A stretch of DNA of 49,321 nt from Candidatus Woesearchaeota archaeon (GTDB lineage Archaea; Nanobdellota; Nanobdellia; SCGC-AAA011-G17; CAYHUI01), in NCBI GenBank assembly GCA_964360175.1, contig CAYHUI010000004.1, forward strand, positions 1 to 49,321, read 5' to 3'. Below the pieces are notes generated by a model, which was not told where the DNA came from, did no database searches, and worked only from the letters and a program-made list of their open reading frames with translations. Position 1 is the stretch's first letter, and each line of letters begins with the position of its first letter. Both the position numbers and the translations under genes were made by a program. Below, piece after piece: positions 26,096-35,126 of the stretch.

Positions 26096-27484
26096 ATGAG
26101 AATAAAACTTTTAAGTATATTTATTGTATTTTTATTATTTTTAGCTACAGGAATTAATGGCGGTATGGCTGCTAGATCAGCTAATATAATACCTTCTTTA
26201 GATGTTCCTGATAGTGTTTCAATGATTGTAGGTCAAGGTGGATCTACTTCTACTACATTTATAATCACTAATAATGGAACTACTAATATAACAGTAAATT
26301 CTATTACTTTTAGTCAAGCAAATTTCACAGATAATGATGGAGATTTAATAACACTTACATTTTCTGGTTATGGTGCAGTATTGATTCCATCAAGTTCTGA
26401 AACTGCAACAGTTAAAGCTGCTCCAACTGATAAAGTAGATATTAATACTTATACAGGGATAGTTACTGTAAGCGATACTGTAGCAGGTGCAAGTGATACT
26501 TTTACTTTATCTGTATTAGTTGGACCTGAACTTTGTAAAGATGGTGAAATTGGCGATTTAGAAATTGACATAAAAGAACCAGATAATGGTGATGAGTTTA
26601 AACCTAATGAAAAAATAAATATGGAAGTAGAAGTTAGAAATGAGGGTTCTGATGATTTAAATGATGTTATGGTAGAAGCTGTTTTAGTAGATCTTACAAA
26701 TGCTGATGAAATAGAAAATTCAGAATCAGAACAACAAGATGTAGATGAAGGTGATGAAGCAAATTTTGATTTTGATTTGATTGTTCCTATAGATCCTAAT
26801 GAAATAGACCAAAGCAACACTTATGGAATTTTCTTTAAAGCTTTTGAAGATGGTAATGAAGATGAGCAATGTAGTGAAGACTTTTTAGATATGGAAATAA
26901 AATTAGAGAAACACGATATGATAATAGAAAATGTTGTATTTACTCCTTCAGTTGTAAAAAGAGGAGAGTTAGTAACAGCAAAAATTAAAGTGTTAAATAT
27001 CGGTGAAAGTGATGAAGAAGATGTTTTTGTTGTATTAAAAGAAACCGGTAGCTTAGGAATTAATGTAGAATCAACAACTGTAAGTGAGATAAAAGAATTT
27101 AAAGATGAAGATGACAATAGTGCAACAATAAGTGTAACATTCACAGTTCCAGAAGCTGCACTTGATGGAGAATACCATGTTAATGTTGCAGTATTCTTTG
27201 ATAATGGAGATGAAAGTTCAGATACTTTCCAACCTTTAACAGTAAGCGGTGCAGTTGCAGAAGAACCTTTACAAGAAAAACCTGTAGTTCAGGAACCAGT
27301 AGTAATTGAAGATAGTTTTGATTTATCACAAAAAACTACAGCAGAGACAACTGGATTTGCATTTTTATCGAGCTTTTCTCCATTCAGTCCAAGAAGTTGG
27401 TCAATAGTAACTTTAGGAATTGCTGATATAGTTTTAGTAATTTTAGGTATATACTTAATAGTGTTAATAGTTAGAAGATTTTAA
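26096..27484 (+). CDS. Cell-surface protein with signal peptide, acidic Ig/CARDB-like repeats and C-terminal TM anchor plus basic tail
   Basis: N-terminal MRIKLLSIFIVFLLFLATG and C-terminal WSIVTLGIADIVLVILGIYLIVLIVRRF. Confidence 0.65.
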   Translation: MRIKLLSIFIVFLLFLATGINGGMAARSANIIPSLDVPDSVSMIVGQGGSTSTTFIITNNGTTNITVNSITFSQANFTDNDGDLITLTFSGYGAVLIPSSSETATVKAAPTDKVDINTYTGIVTVSDTVAGASDTFTLSVLVGPELCKDGEIGDLEIDIKEPDNGDEFKPNEKINMEVEVRNEGSDDLNDVMVEAVLVDLTNADEIENSESEQQDVDEGDEANFDFDLIVPIDPNEIDQSNTYGIFFKAFEDGNEDEQCSEDFLDMEIKLEKHDMIIENVVFTPSVVKRGELVTAKIKVLNIGESDEEDVFVVLKETGSLGINVESTTVSEIKEFKDEDDNSATISVTFTVPEAALDGEYHVNVAVFFDNGDESSDTFQPLTVSGAVAEEPLQEKPVVQEPVVIEDSFDLSQKTTAETTGFAFLSSFSPFSPRSWSIVTLGIADIVLVILGIYLIVLIVRRF

Positions 27485-27898
27485 ATAATTTGGTGTATGA
27501 GAAATTAGAAGTTTAAAATAAAAATAAAACCTAAAGATTATCTTATAGCTTATGCGTATTTATTACCTGCAACTCTTTTTGGTAGTTTTGCAATTAGTAA
27601 TCTATCAGATGCAAGAGCATTTTATAGGGGGAATGATCCTTATTATGTAGAATCTACTCTTGACAATAGTGAGTTTAATCCAACCGTAAAACAACGTGTT
27701 TTAAGAGGTAGTTTATCGGGTTTAAACGGTAGTTTATCGGGAGTGTTATCCTTATATTTTCTAGGAGCCGGTCTTAGAAAATTAAATGAAAAATAAAATA
27801 ATCTTTTTTTAAATCTGTCTTTAATAATTATATAAACTTGATATAATTTAGAAAATTTTTCATCGTACTTTGCTCTAAGTAAAACATCAATATGTATC

Positions 27899-28312
27899 TT
27901 AAAATAATTCTTCTAAAGAATCTACTATCTGTTTTTTTATTTGATTTATATTAAAATTTTTTCCAGGACAATTTTTTTCCAAACTTTCTAAATCTTTATG
28001 TCTTATAATATCATCTATATTGATATCAAATTCTTTTTTTAAATTTTTAAGTAAATATATTAAACTATTAAGTTGAGCTTTTGTAGGTTTATCAATATTA
28101 AGGTTACCTATTAAACAAATTCCAATAGAATTATTAGCACTATTAATCTTTATGTTTCTAACTTTTTCTATAAAACCATCTTCTTTTAAATTTCCATTAT
28201 CAATAATAAAATTATAAATGTTATCTAACTCATTATTATGCAGTTTAATATTTTTAGAATTACCTTTACTTTTTCCAGAGTGGTGTATTATTATCTTATT
28301 CATTTTTTTCAT
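27899..28312 (-). CDS. N-acetylmuramoyl-L-alanine amidase (amidase_2 / PGRP fold)
   Basis: IIIHHSG ... IRHKD ... CPGKNF: zinc ligands His, His and Cys at the spacing of the amidase_2 family. Confidence 0.7.
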   Translation of the reverse strand: MKKMNKIIIHHSGKSKGNSKNIKLHNNELDNIYNFIIDNGNLKEDGFIEKVRNIKINSANNSIGICLIGNLNIDKPTKAQLNSLIYLLKNLKKEFDINIDDIIRHKDLESLEKNCPGKNFNINQIKKQIVDSLEELF

Positions 28313-28425
28313 TTTCCAGCTATTGTAGAGAAAAAGTCTACTGTATTGTTTAATATATCTTTTTTAAATAAAATTAATAAAATTACGACTATTATCAAAA
28401 TTATAATTATTGTACTTATTCTCAT
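28309..28425 (-). CDS. 38-aa single-TM peptide, holin-like by position
   Basis: MRISTIIIILIIVVILLILFKKDILNNTVDFFSTIAGK, with SD ggtga upstream. Its stop overlaps the amidase start (ATGA). Confidence 0.35.
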   Translation of the reverse strand: MRISTIIIILIIVVILLILFKKDILNNTVDFFSTIAGK

Positions 28426-28445
28426 TTAATCACCTTTTTTTGTTA

Positions 28446-28517
28446 AGGGTGTAGAGGGACTCGAACCCTCATTCATCGCTCTGCAGGCGATTGCCTTGCC
28501 AATTTGGCTATACACCC
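28446..28517 (-). tRNA. tRNA-Cys (GCA)
   Basis: Hand fold: acceptor GGGTGTA/TACACCC, anticodon stem ATCGC/GCGAT, loop CTGCAGA, T arm GAGGG-TTCGAGT-CCCTC, discriminator U73. Confidence 0.85.
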
Positions 28518-28560
28518 ATATTTAAATCTTTTTTGATTAAACTTTTTTTAAAAGTTTCTA

Positions 28561-28635
28561 TGGACCCGATGGGATTTGAACCCACGACCTACTGCTTAGA
28601 AGGCAGTCGCTCTATCCGGGCTAAGCTACAGGTCC
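28561..28635 (-). tRNA. tRNA-Arg (UCU)
   Basis: Hand fold: acceptor GGACCTG/CGGGTCC, D stem GCTT/GAGC, anticodon stem ACTGC/GCAGT, loop CTTCTAA, T arm GTGGG-TTCAAAT-CCCAT. Confidence 0.85.
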
Positions 28636-28732
28636 TTAATTTTATAAAATTATATTTATTATATAAAACTTACTTTTTTATTTTTTTAAACAAACCAAAA
28701 ATAATTTAAGTTAATCATTATCTTTATTTCTT

Positions 28733-31732
28733 ATGGCAGATTTTAAAAAAATAGAAAAGAAGTGGCAAACTGCTTGGGAAAAATCTAAAATTTTTAAAGT
28801 AAAAGAAGGTAAAAAGGAAAAATATTATATTTTAGAGATGCTTCCTTATCCTTCTGGTTCTGGTTTGCATATGGGTCATGCTAGAAATTATTGCATTGGA
28901 GATGTATTGGCTAGATATAAAAGAATGCAGGGTTTTAATGTTTTATATCCGATGGGTTATGATAGTTTTGGATTGCCAGCTGAAAATGCAGCAATAAAAG
29001 AGAAATCCCATCCTAAAATCTTTACAGAAAATGCAATTAAGAATTTTATAAGACAGCAAAAAAATTTAGGTTTAAGTTATGATTGGGACAGGATATTAGC
29101 TACACATTTACCTGAATATTATAAATGGAATCAATGGTTATTTTTAGAGTTTTTAAAAAGAGGTTTAGTCTATAAGAAAAAAGCTGCTGTAAATTATTGC
29201 AAAAAATGTGATACCGTTTTAGCAAATGAGCAAGTTGTAAATGGTAGATGTTGGAGACATGAAGATCAAGAAGTAGAAATTAAAGAATTAGAACAATGGT
29301 TTTTTAAAATAACTGATTATGCTGAACAGCTTTTAAAAGATTTAGACAGATTATATTGGCCTGAAGATATTAAAATAATGCAGAGAAACTGGATCGGAAA
29401 AAGTGAAGGTACAGAGATTGAATTTGAAATTATAAATTTAGATATTAAAGATGCAGAATTTGTTTTCTTTCACGGATTTAATAGTAATTCTAGAAGCGAT
29501 TTTTGGCCGTGGTTGAAAAAAGAGATTGAAGATCATGGTGGAAAAGTAGTTTTTACTCCAGATTTACCTAATACCTTTGAACCTAATATCGAAAAACAAT
29601 TAGAATTCGTTCTAAAAAATCATAAATTTAATTCAAATACTATAATTATTACTCATTCATTAGGCGGGGTGCTTGCAATGAAATTACTACCTAAACTTAA
29701 TGTAAAAATTAACAAATTAATTATGATAACCCCTCCATTAAAACCTGAATATTTAGATAATAAAAGAAGACCTATATTAGAAGAGTGTTGTGATTTCAAA
29801 TTTGATTTTTCTGCAATTAAGAGAAAAGTGAATAAAATTATAATTTTAGCTGATAAAAATGATCATATCTTACCAATTAATCAACCACGTGAAATAGCAA
29901 AAAATTTATCAGCAGATATTTATATTGGAAATGGAGTTAAATCTCATTTTAATAATTTAATTGAACCAGATGTATTAAATATCTTATTTCAAAAAGCTAA
30001 AGTATTTACAACAAGACCAGATACTTTATTTGGAGTTACTTTCATGGTATTTGCACCAGAGCATCCTAAAGTTTTAGAACTTGTAAAAGAAACACAATAT
30101 GAAAAACAAGTTAAAGATTTTATAAAAAAGGTTTTAATACAAGATAGATTTACAAGAACTTCTGCAGAAAAAGAAAAAGAAGGAATGTTTATAGGAAAAT
30201 ATGCAATCAATCCTATTAATAATGAAAAAATTCCTATATATATTGCTAATTTTGTTGTAATGGATTATGGAACTGGTTTTGTAATGAGTGTTCCAGCTCA
30301 TGATCAAAGAGATTTTGAATTTGCAAAGAAATATAATTTACCTATTAAACAAGTTATTTTATCAGAAAATAAAAAAGAAGTTAAAGATCAAGCTTATTTA
30401 GATAATGGAATTTTAATTAATTCAGGAAAATTTAATGGATTAGATAATATAAAAGCAATTAAAGAAATTACAAAATTCTTAGATCAAAAAAATTTAGGCA
30501 AATTTGTAATACAATATAAATTAAAAGATTGGTTAATTTCTAGACAAAGATATTGGGGAACACCAATTCCTGTTATATATTGTGATAAATGTGGTATTAT
30601 ACAAGTTCCAGAAAAAAAATTACCAATTTTATTACCAGAAAAAGTTAAGTTTGATGTTAAAGGTAATCCATTAGAGAATGTTAAAGAATTTGTAAATGTA
30701 AAATGTTATAAATGTAAATCTAATGCAAGACGTGAAACAGATACAATGGATACTTTTGTTGATTCTTCATGGTATTTTTTAAGATACTGTGATAATAAAA
30801 ATAATAAAAATATATTTAACAGTAAAAAAGTAAATTATTGGATGCCTATTGATCAATATATTGGAGGAAAAGAACATGCAACTGGACATTTAATTTATTT
30901 TAGATTTTTGACTAAGGTTTTAAAAGATATGAATTTAGTAAATTTTGATGAACCAGCTTTAAGATTGTTTAATCAAGGTATGCTACATAAAAATGGTTAT
31001 GTTATGAGTAAAAGTAGAGGTAATGTTGTATCACCAGAAGAAATTTCTGAAAAATATGGTATTGATACAGGTAGATTATTTTTGTTATTCGTTGCAAGCC
31101 CAGATAAAGATATGGAATGGAATGATGAAGGTATAGAAGGAGCTTATCGTTTTATAAACAAAATTTATAATTTGTTTGATAAAAAAACTGTTAAGCATAA
31201 TGAAAGATTAGAAAGTAAAAGAAACAAAATTGTTAAAGAAGTTACTGAAAATATTGAAAGTTTCAGATATAATATATCTATAGTAAAATTAATGGAGTAT
31301 GTTAATTACTTAAATACAAAGGGAGCTTCAAAAGAATGTTTAGAAGTTTTATTAAAATTATTAGCACCATTTACCCCGCATTTAGCAGAAGAATTTTGGC
31401 ACAAAAATCACAGAAGTTTTATTTCATTGGAAAAGTGGCCTTCTTTTGATGTTAAGAAAATTAAAAACGAGTTTGAATTTGAAGATAAGTTAATCGAACA
31501 AACAATTCAAGATATTAGATCTATTTTAAATATTGTTAAAATCAAACCAAAAAAAGGTTATATATATTGCATTCCAAAAGAAAAGAAAATATTTGAAGAC
31601 AACAAAAATTTATTTGAAATAGAATTAAATTTAAAAATTAATATATTTGCAGTTAATGATAAAAATATTTATGATCCTCAAAGTAAAGCAAAAAAAGCTA
31701 AATTAGGTAAAGCTGGTATTTATATAGAATAA
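28733..31732 (+). CDS. leuS: Leucyl-tRNA synthetase, bacterial type, with inserted alpha/beta serine hydrolase domain (aa ~240-422)
   Basis: HIGH (LHMGHARNY), NWIGKSEG, editing-domain TTRPDT and GTGFVMSVPAHDQRDFEFA, KMSKS (VMSKSRGN). The insert FVFFHGFNSNSRSDFW...ITHSLGG...ILADKNDHILP...VKSHFN lies between NWIGKSEGTEIEFEI and KVFTTRPDT. Confidence 0.9.
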   Translation: MADFKKIEKKWQTAWEKSKIFKVKEGKKEKYYILEMLPYPSGSGLHMGHARNYCIGDVLARYKRMQGFNVLYPMGYDSFGLPAENAAIKEKSHPKIFTENAIKNFIRQQKNLGLSYDWDRILATHLPEYYKWNQWLFLEFLKRGLVYKKKAAVNYCKKCDTVLANEQVVNGRCWRHEDQEVEIKELEQWFFKITDYAEQLLKDLDRLYWPEDIKIMQRNWIGKSEGTEIEFEIINLDIKDAEFVFFHGFNSNSRSDFWPWLKKEIEDHGGKVVFTPDLPNTFEPNIEKQLEFVLKNHKFNSNTIIITHSLGGVLAMKLLPKLNVKINKLIMITPPLKPEYLDNKRRPILEECCDFKFDFSAIKRKVNKIIILADKNDHILPINQPREIAKNLSADIYIGNGVKSHFNNLIEPDVLNILFQKAKVFTTRPDTLFGVTFMVFAPEHPKVLELVKETQYEKQVKDFIKKVLIQDRFTRTSAEKEKEGMFIGKYAINPINNEKIPIYIANFVVMDYGTGFVMSVPAHDQRDFEFAKKYNLPIKQVILSENKKEVKDQAYLDNGILINSGKFNGLDNIKAIKEITKFLDQKNLGKFVIQYKLKDWLISRQRYWGTPIPVIYCDKCGIIQVPEKKLPILLPEKVKFDVKGNPLENVKEFVNVKCYKCKSNARRETDTMDTFVDSSWYFLRYCDNKNNKNIFNSKKVNYWMPIDQYIGGKEHATGHLIYFRFLTKVLKDMNLVNFDEPALRLFNQGMLHKNGYVMSKSRGNVVSPEEISEKYGIDTGRLFLLFVASPDKDMEWNDEGIEGAYRFINKIYNLFDKKTVKHNERLESKRNKIVKEVTENIESFRYNISIVKLMEYVNYLNTKGASKECLEVLLKLLAPFTPHLAEEFWHKNHRSFISLEKWPSFDVKKIKNEFEFEDKLIEQTIQDIRSILNIVKIKPKKGYIYCIPKEKKIFEDNKNLFEIELNLKINIFAVNDKNIYDPQSKAKKAKLGKAGIYIE

Positions 31733-31774
31733 ATCTTTTTTCTATTGGGGTTTCATTTCATATAAAGGTTTTTT

Positions 31775-32404
31775 TTATTTTAAATATTTTAAAATATCAA
31801 AATGATCTTTGAAAACTTTATCTGTTTCAAAAATGCTATTTCTTTTTAAGTAAGTTTTAATAGCAAAAACATTACAACCTAGTGTTTTAGCTGCTTTTAT
31901 ACCAGGAACAGAATCTTCAACAATAATAATTTTGGAAGGAAGTAAATTTAATTTCTTAATTGTAATTTGATAACATTCGGGATCTGGTTTAGAAGAATTG
32001 AATTCTTCTCCAGATACAATCACATCAAAATAATCCAATATAGAATGATTTTTAAGGATCTTTTCTATAAAATTTCTTTCTGAACCTGTTGTAACTGCAA
32101 TTTTATATCGTTTAGATTTTAAAAAAACAAGAAGTTCTTGAATTCCAGGAATTAATTTATATTCTTGTATGTTAACATATCGAAGCTTTCTTATTATTTT
32201 ACTAATAATTTTTATAGTTTCTTCAGGTATTTGAGGGAATTTCTCAGCAAGAAATTTACTGGTTTTTTTACCAATTAAATCAAGGAAGCTATCTTTTTCT
32301 AAATTATATTTATATTTACGTAAAATATTTCTAAGATATTTAAATTTTTTAGGTTCGGTATCTACTATAACACCATCAAAATCAAAGATAATCCCTTTAA
32401 ACAT
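31775..32404 (-). CDS. HAD superfamily hydrolase (beta-phosphoglucomutase/phosphatase-like)
   Basis: IIFDFDGVIVDTE motif I, VTTGS motif II, KPDPE ... VEDSVPG motifs III/IV. Confidence 0.8.
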   Translation of the reverse strand: MFKGIIFDFDGVIVDTEPKKFKYLRNILRKYKYNLEKDSFLDLIGKKTSKFLAEKFPQIPEETIKIISKIIRKLRYVNIQEYKLIPGIQELLVFLKSKRYKIAVTTGSERNFIEKILKNHSILDYFDVIVSGEEFNSSKPDPECYQITIKKLNLLPSKIIIVEDSVPGIKAAKTLGCNVFAIKTYLKRNSIFETDKVFKDHFDILKYLK

Positions 32405-32430
32405 ATCAACCTCCTTAAAATTTATTTTTG

Positions 32431-33099
32431 TTATACGAATTTTGGGTTTATATGAATTGGATGCATGACATAATCTATTCCAACCTCAAAAATAACATCC
32501 ACTAATTGTTTTGTTGGTTCAATTAATTTTTTATAATCTGGTTTTAGACTTTCATACAATATCAGAGCTTCTTCAAGACTATAGTTTCTTTCCTTAACGT
32601 CTCTTTCGATTCTACTTTGAATTTGAGTTTCCTCATTTGCATATAGGAAAAATGATATATTATTTAGTTCTACTAACTCTGGATAAAGAGGAGTTACTCC
32701 TTCGATAACAATTATTTCTCTTGGAGAGATAGTTTCATTACTTAAAACTTTTCCAGTTGAATGATCATAACATGGTTTTAAAATTGATTTTCTTGAAATA
32801 AGTTCTATGATATTACTTCTTGCTTCAAATAATTTATTAGCTTTTGGGTGATATCCTGTTATACCGAGTTTTCCTCTGGTTTCTCTAGGTATTAAATAAT
32901 CATCAAGGTCTATTGAAACACAGTTTTCAGAACCATAATATATGACTATATTCTTACCAAAAGTTGTTTTCCCAGCACCACCTGATCCAGTTATACCAAC
33001 AACTAAAGGTTTATCTGATTTATATTTCTTGACTGCAGATTCTAGTATTTCAAAAGCCCCTTTATTTTTAACATCTGGAATTGGATTTTTTGGATTCAT
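32431..33099 (-). CDS. P-loop kinase of the uridine kinase/phosphoribulokinase family
   Basis: VVGITGSGGAGKTTFGKN Walker A and a DLDDY motif. The substrate is unknown. Confidence 0.6.
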   Translation of the reverse strand: MNPKNPIPDVKNKGAFEILESAVKKYKSDKPLVVGITGSGGAGKTTFGKNIVIYYGSENCVSIDLDDYLIPRETRGKLGITGYHPKANKLFEARSNIIELISRKSILKPCYDHSTGKVLSNETISPREIIVIEGVTPLYPELVELNNISFFLYANEETQIQSRIERDVKERNYSLEEALILYESLKPDYKKLIEPTKQLVDVIFEVGIDYVMHPIHINPKFV

Positions 33100-33261
33100 T
33101 AATTATAAATATTAATCCTTCTATATAATATACAGGTTTTATGTTAATAAATTTATCGAAAAGATAATTTTATATAAGAAATAACATTAGTTTTATATAT
33201 AACTTCAAATCAAATTGAAGTCTTAAAAACCTTTATATACTTTCTAATTATACTTGAAGTT

Positions 33262-33858
33262 ATGGCAAAAGACGAAACTTTTATTTTGATAAGTTTAGAA
33301 GAAGAGAAAGCTAAAAAACTAGCTGAAGTTATAAGCAATAAAACTTCAAGAAAAATTTTAAATTATCTAAGTGAAAAAGAAGCTTCTGAATCAGAAATAG
33401 CTAAAGATTTAAACATTCCAGTATCGACTGTACATTATAACATAAAGCAACTTTTTCAGAATGGTTTAATAGAATCTAAAGAATTTATGTGGAGTGAAAA
33501 AGGGAAAAAAATGGAGATTTATGCACCAGCAAAAAAATTCATAGTTATTGCACCTAAAAAAATTGATTTACTAAAAAATCAACTTAAGACTGTTTTACCA
33601 ATTTTAGGTTTTAGTTTATTCGCAAGCGGAATAATTTATTTCTTTACTAGTGCATTTACAACATTTGGTAGACTTAATAGCGAGGCAATACCAGATTCAA
33701 TACAAGAATCATTAAGAACAACAGTAGGCTCAGAATCAGCTTCAAAATTAACTACAGCAGTTCAAATTCCAAATTTCGCTTTATGGTTTTTATTTGGTAG
33801 TTTATTTGCAATATTAATTTATATATTAATAATTTTAATAAGGAGGAATGGAAAATGA
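33262..33858 (+). CDS. ArsR-type winged-helix regulator fused to C-terminal TM segments
   Basis: ISNKTSRKILNYLSEKEASESEIAKDLNIPVSTVHYNIKQLFQNGLIE HTH, and a C-terminal IPNFALWFLFGSLFAILIYILIILIRRNGK. Confidence 0.65.
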   Translation: MAKDETFILISLEEEKAKKLAEVISNKTSRKILNYLSEKEASESEIAKDLNIPVSTVHYNIKQLFQNGLIESKEFMWSEKGKKMEIYAPAKKFIVIAPKKIDLLKNQLKTVLPILGFSLFASGIIYFFTSAFTTFGRLNSEAIPDSIQESLRTTVGSESASKLTTAVQIPNFALWFLFGSLFAILIYILIILIRRNGK

Positions 33859-35126
33859 AAATAAAAATTTTGACAATACTTTTAATTTGTATTTTAATTT
33901 TACCGGTAGCTTTTGCTAAAATTGGTGTTTTTGCACCAGAATCATACCCACAACCAACAACTTTTAACATAGGTCAAGATCAATCTTATTCTGTAATTTT
34001 TGATGGAGAAGGAGAGGCTACAGTAGCAGCTAAATTAGTTATAAATAATATACAAGAAACTTCATTAAAAGAATTAAAATTAGAAATTCCAGGTAATGAT
34101 ATAAGAATTATAGCTATAGTACAAGAATATTATTATCTTAAAAAAACATGTTCTAGATATGGAGAGATATGTGTAGACGAATCATGTAGATACGATTATA
34201 ATAAGTGTATAGAATATACAGAATATCCATATGGCAATCCTTTATATTATTTAATAGATTATACAAAAGAAGAATTATCTAAATCAACAATCTATACTTT
34301 AGAATTACCTCAAAAAGTAAAATCGCAACAATCAGCAAATGTAATTTTATATTATAAAACAGAAGGTTATACAACAAAAAATCTGGGTAAGTTTAATTTT
34401 GATTTTGAAACTATTAAAAATGAATATGATACAAACAGCGTTAGAGTTTCTATTAGCGTAAATGAAGATTTATATTTAAAAGGTGTAAAATCTCAAATAG
34501 ATTACAGAAGTAATTTTCTAGCAGCAGAAGGATCATTTAATAAATTAAGTGGAACTGAAGAAAGTGCTGATTTACAAAGATTTTCAAGTCAAATCGGTTA
34601 TTATGGTGGTATAACTAAAACTGCTCAAGGTTTAGATCCATGGGAAAGTTTTCATGTAAAAGGAACTTATGCTAAATCTAAATTTGCTTTATACGCAGTA
34701 AATACATTTTTAATAATATTAGGAATAATATTTGTTCTTTGGTTATTTTATTTCTTTGTAGTAAGGAGGTTAATAAGAATGAAAACTAAAAATAGAACAT
34801 TAAAAGTAATTGGAGGTGGAGTTGGTGGTGCTGTTGGCGTAATTATTTTATGGTTCATTGCTTGGTTTTTAATTAGAATTCTTGGTAAATATAATAGCAT
34901 GATCCTTTTACCTATAATACTTTTATTTGGTATATTAATATTTATAATGTTTTTAGGACCATCAGTTTATATAGGTATTAAAGAAGGTGTTGGAGCTGGA
35001 ATTTGGACTTTAGTTATTACTGCAATAAGTTTGTTAATCTTATCAATTATAATAATTGTATTATTAGGTATTTTAAATTCCCCACAAATAATGCCTATGA
35101 TGGGAGTAGCAGAAACTTTTGATTAA
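33855..35126 (+). CDS. Membrane protein with large extracellular N-terminal domain
   Basis: Signal/TM at the N-terminus and several C-terminal TM helices. Overlaps the upstream regulator gene (ATGA). Confidence 0.55.
   Translation: MKIKILTILLICILILPVAFAKIGVFAPESYPQPTTFNIGQDQSYSVIFDGEGEATVAAKLVINNIQETSLKELKLEIPGNDIRIIAIVQEYYYLKKTCSRYGEICVDESCRYDYNKCIEYTEYPYGNPLYYLIDYTKEELSKSTIYTLELPQKVKSQQSANVILYYKTEGYTTKNLGKFNFDFETIKNEYDTNSVRVSISVNEDLYLKGVKSQIDYRSNFLAAEGSFNKLSGTEESADLQRFSSQIGYYGGITKTAQGLDPWESFHVKGTYAKSKFALYAVNTFLIILGIIFVLWLFYFFVVRRLIRMKTKNRTLKVIGGGVGGAVGVIILWFIAWFLIRILGKYNSMILLPIILLFGILIFIMFLGPSVYIGIKEGVGAGIWTLVITAISLLILSIIIIVLLGILNSPQIMPMMGVAETFD

Noticed and set aside
28491-28709. 72-aa + strand ORF
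   Set aside because: It runs antisense across tRNA-Cys and tRNA-Arg. Its apparent coding potential comes from the GC-rich tRNA sequence.
29450-29998. The LeuRS insertion as an intein or a misassembled foreign gene
   Set aside because: It has no intein hallmarks: no Cys/Ser at the N-junction, no His-Asn plus Cys/Ser/Thr at the C-junction, and no endonuclease motifs. The frame is continuous and codon usage matches the flanks. Misassembly cannot be fully excluded without reads.
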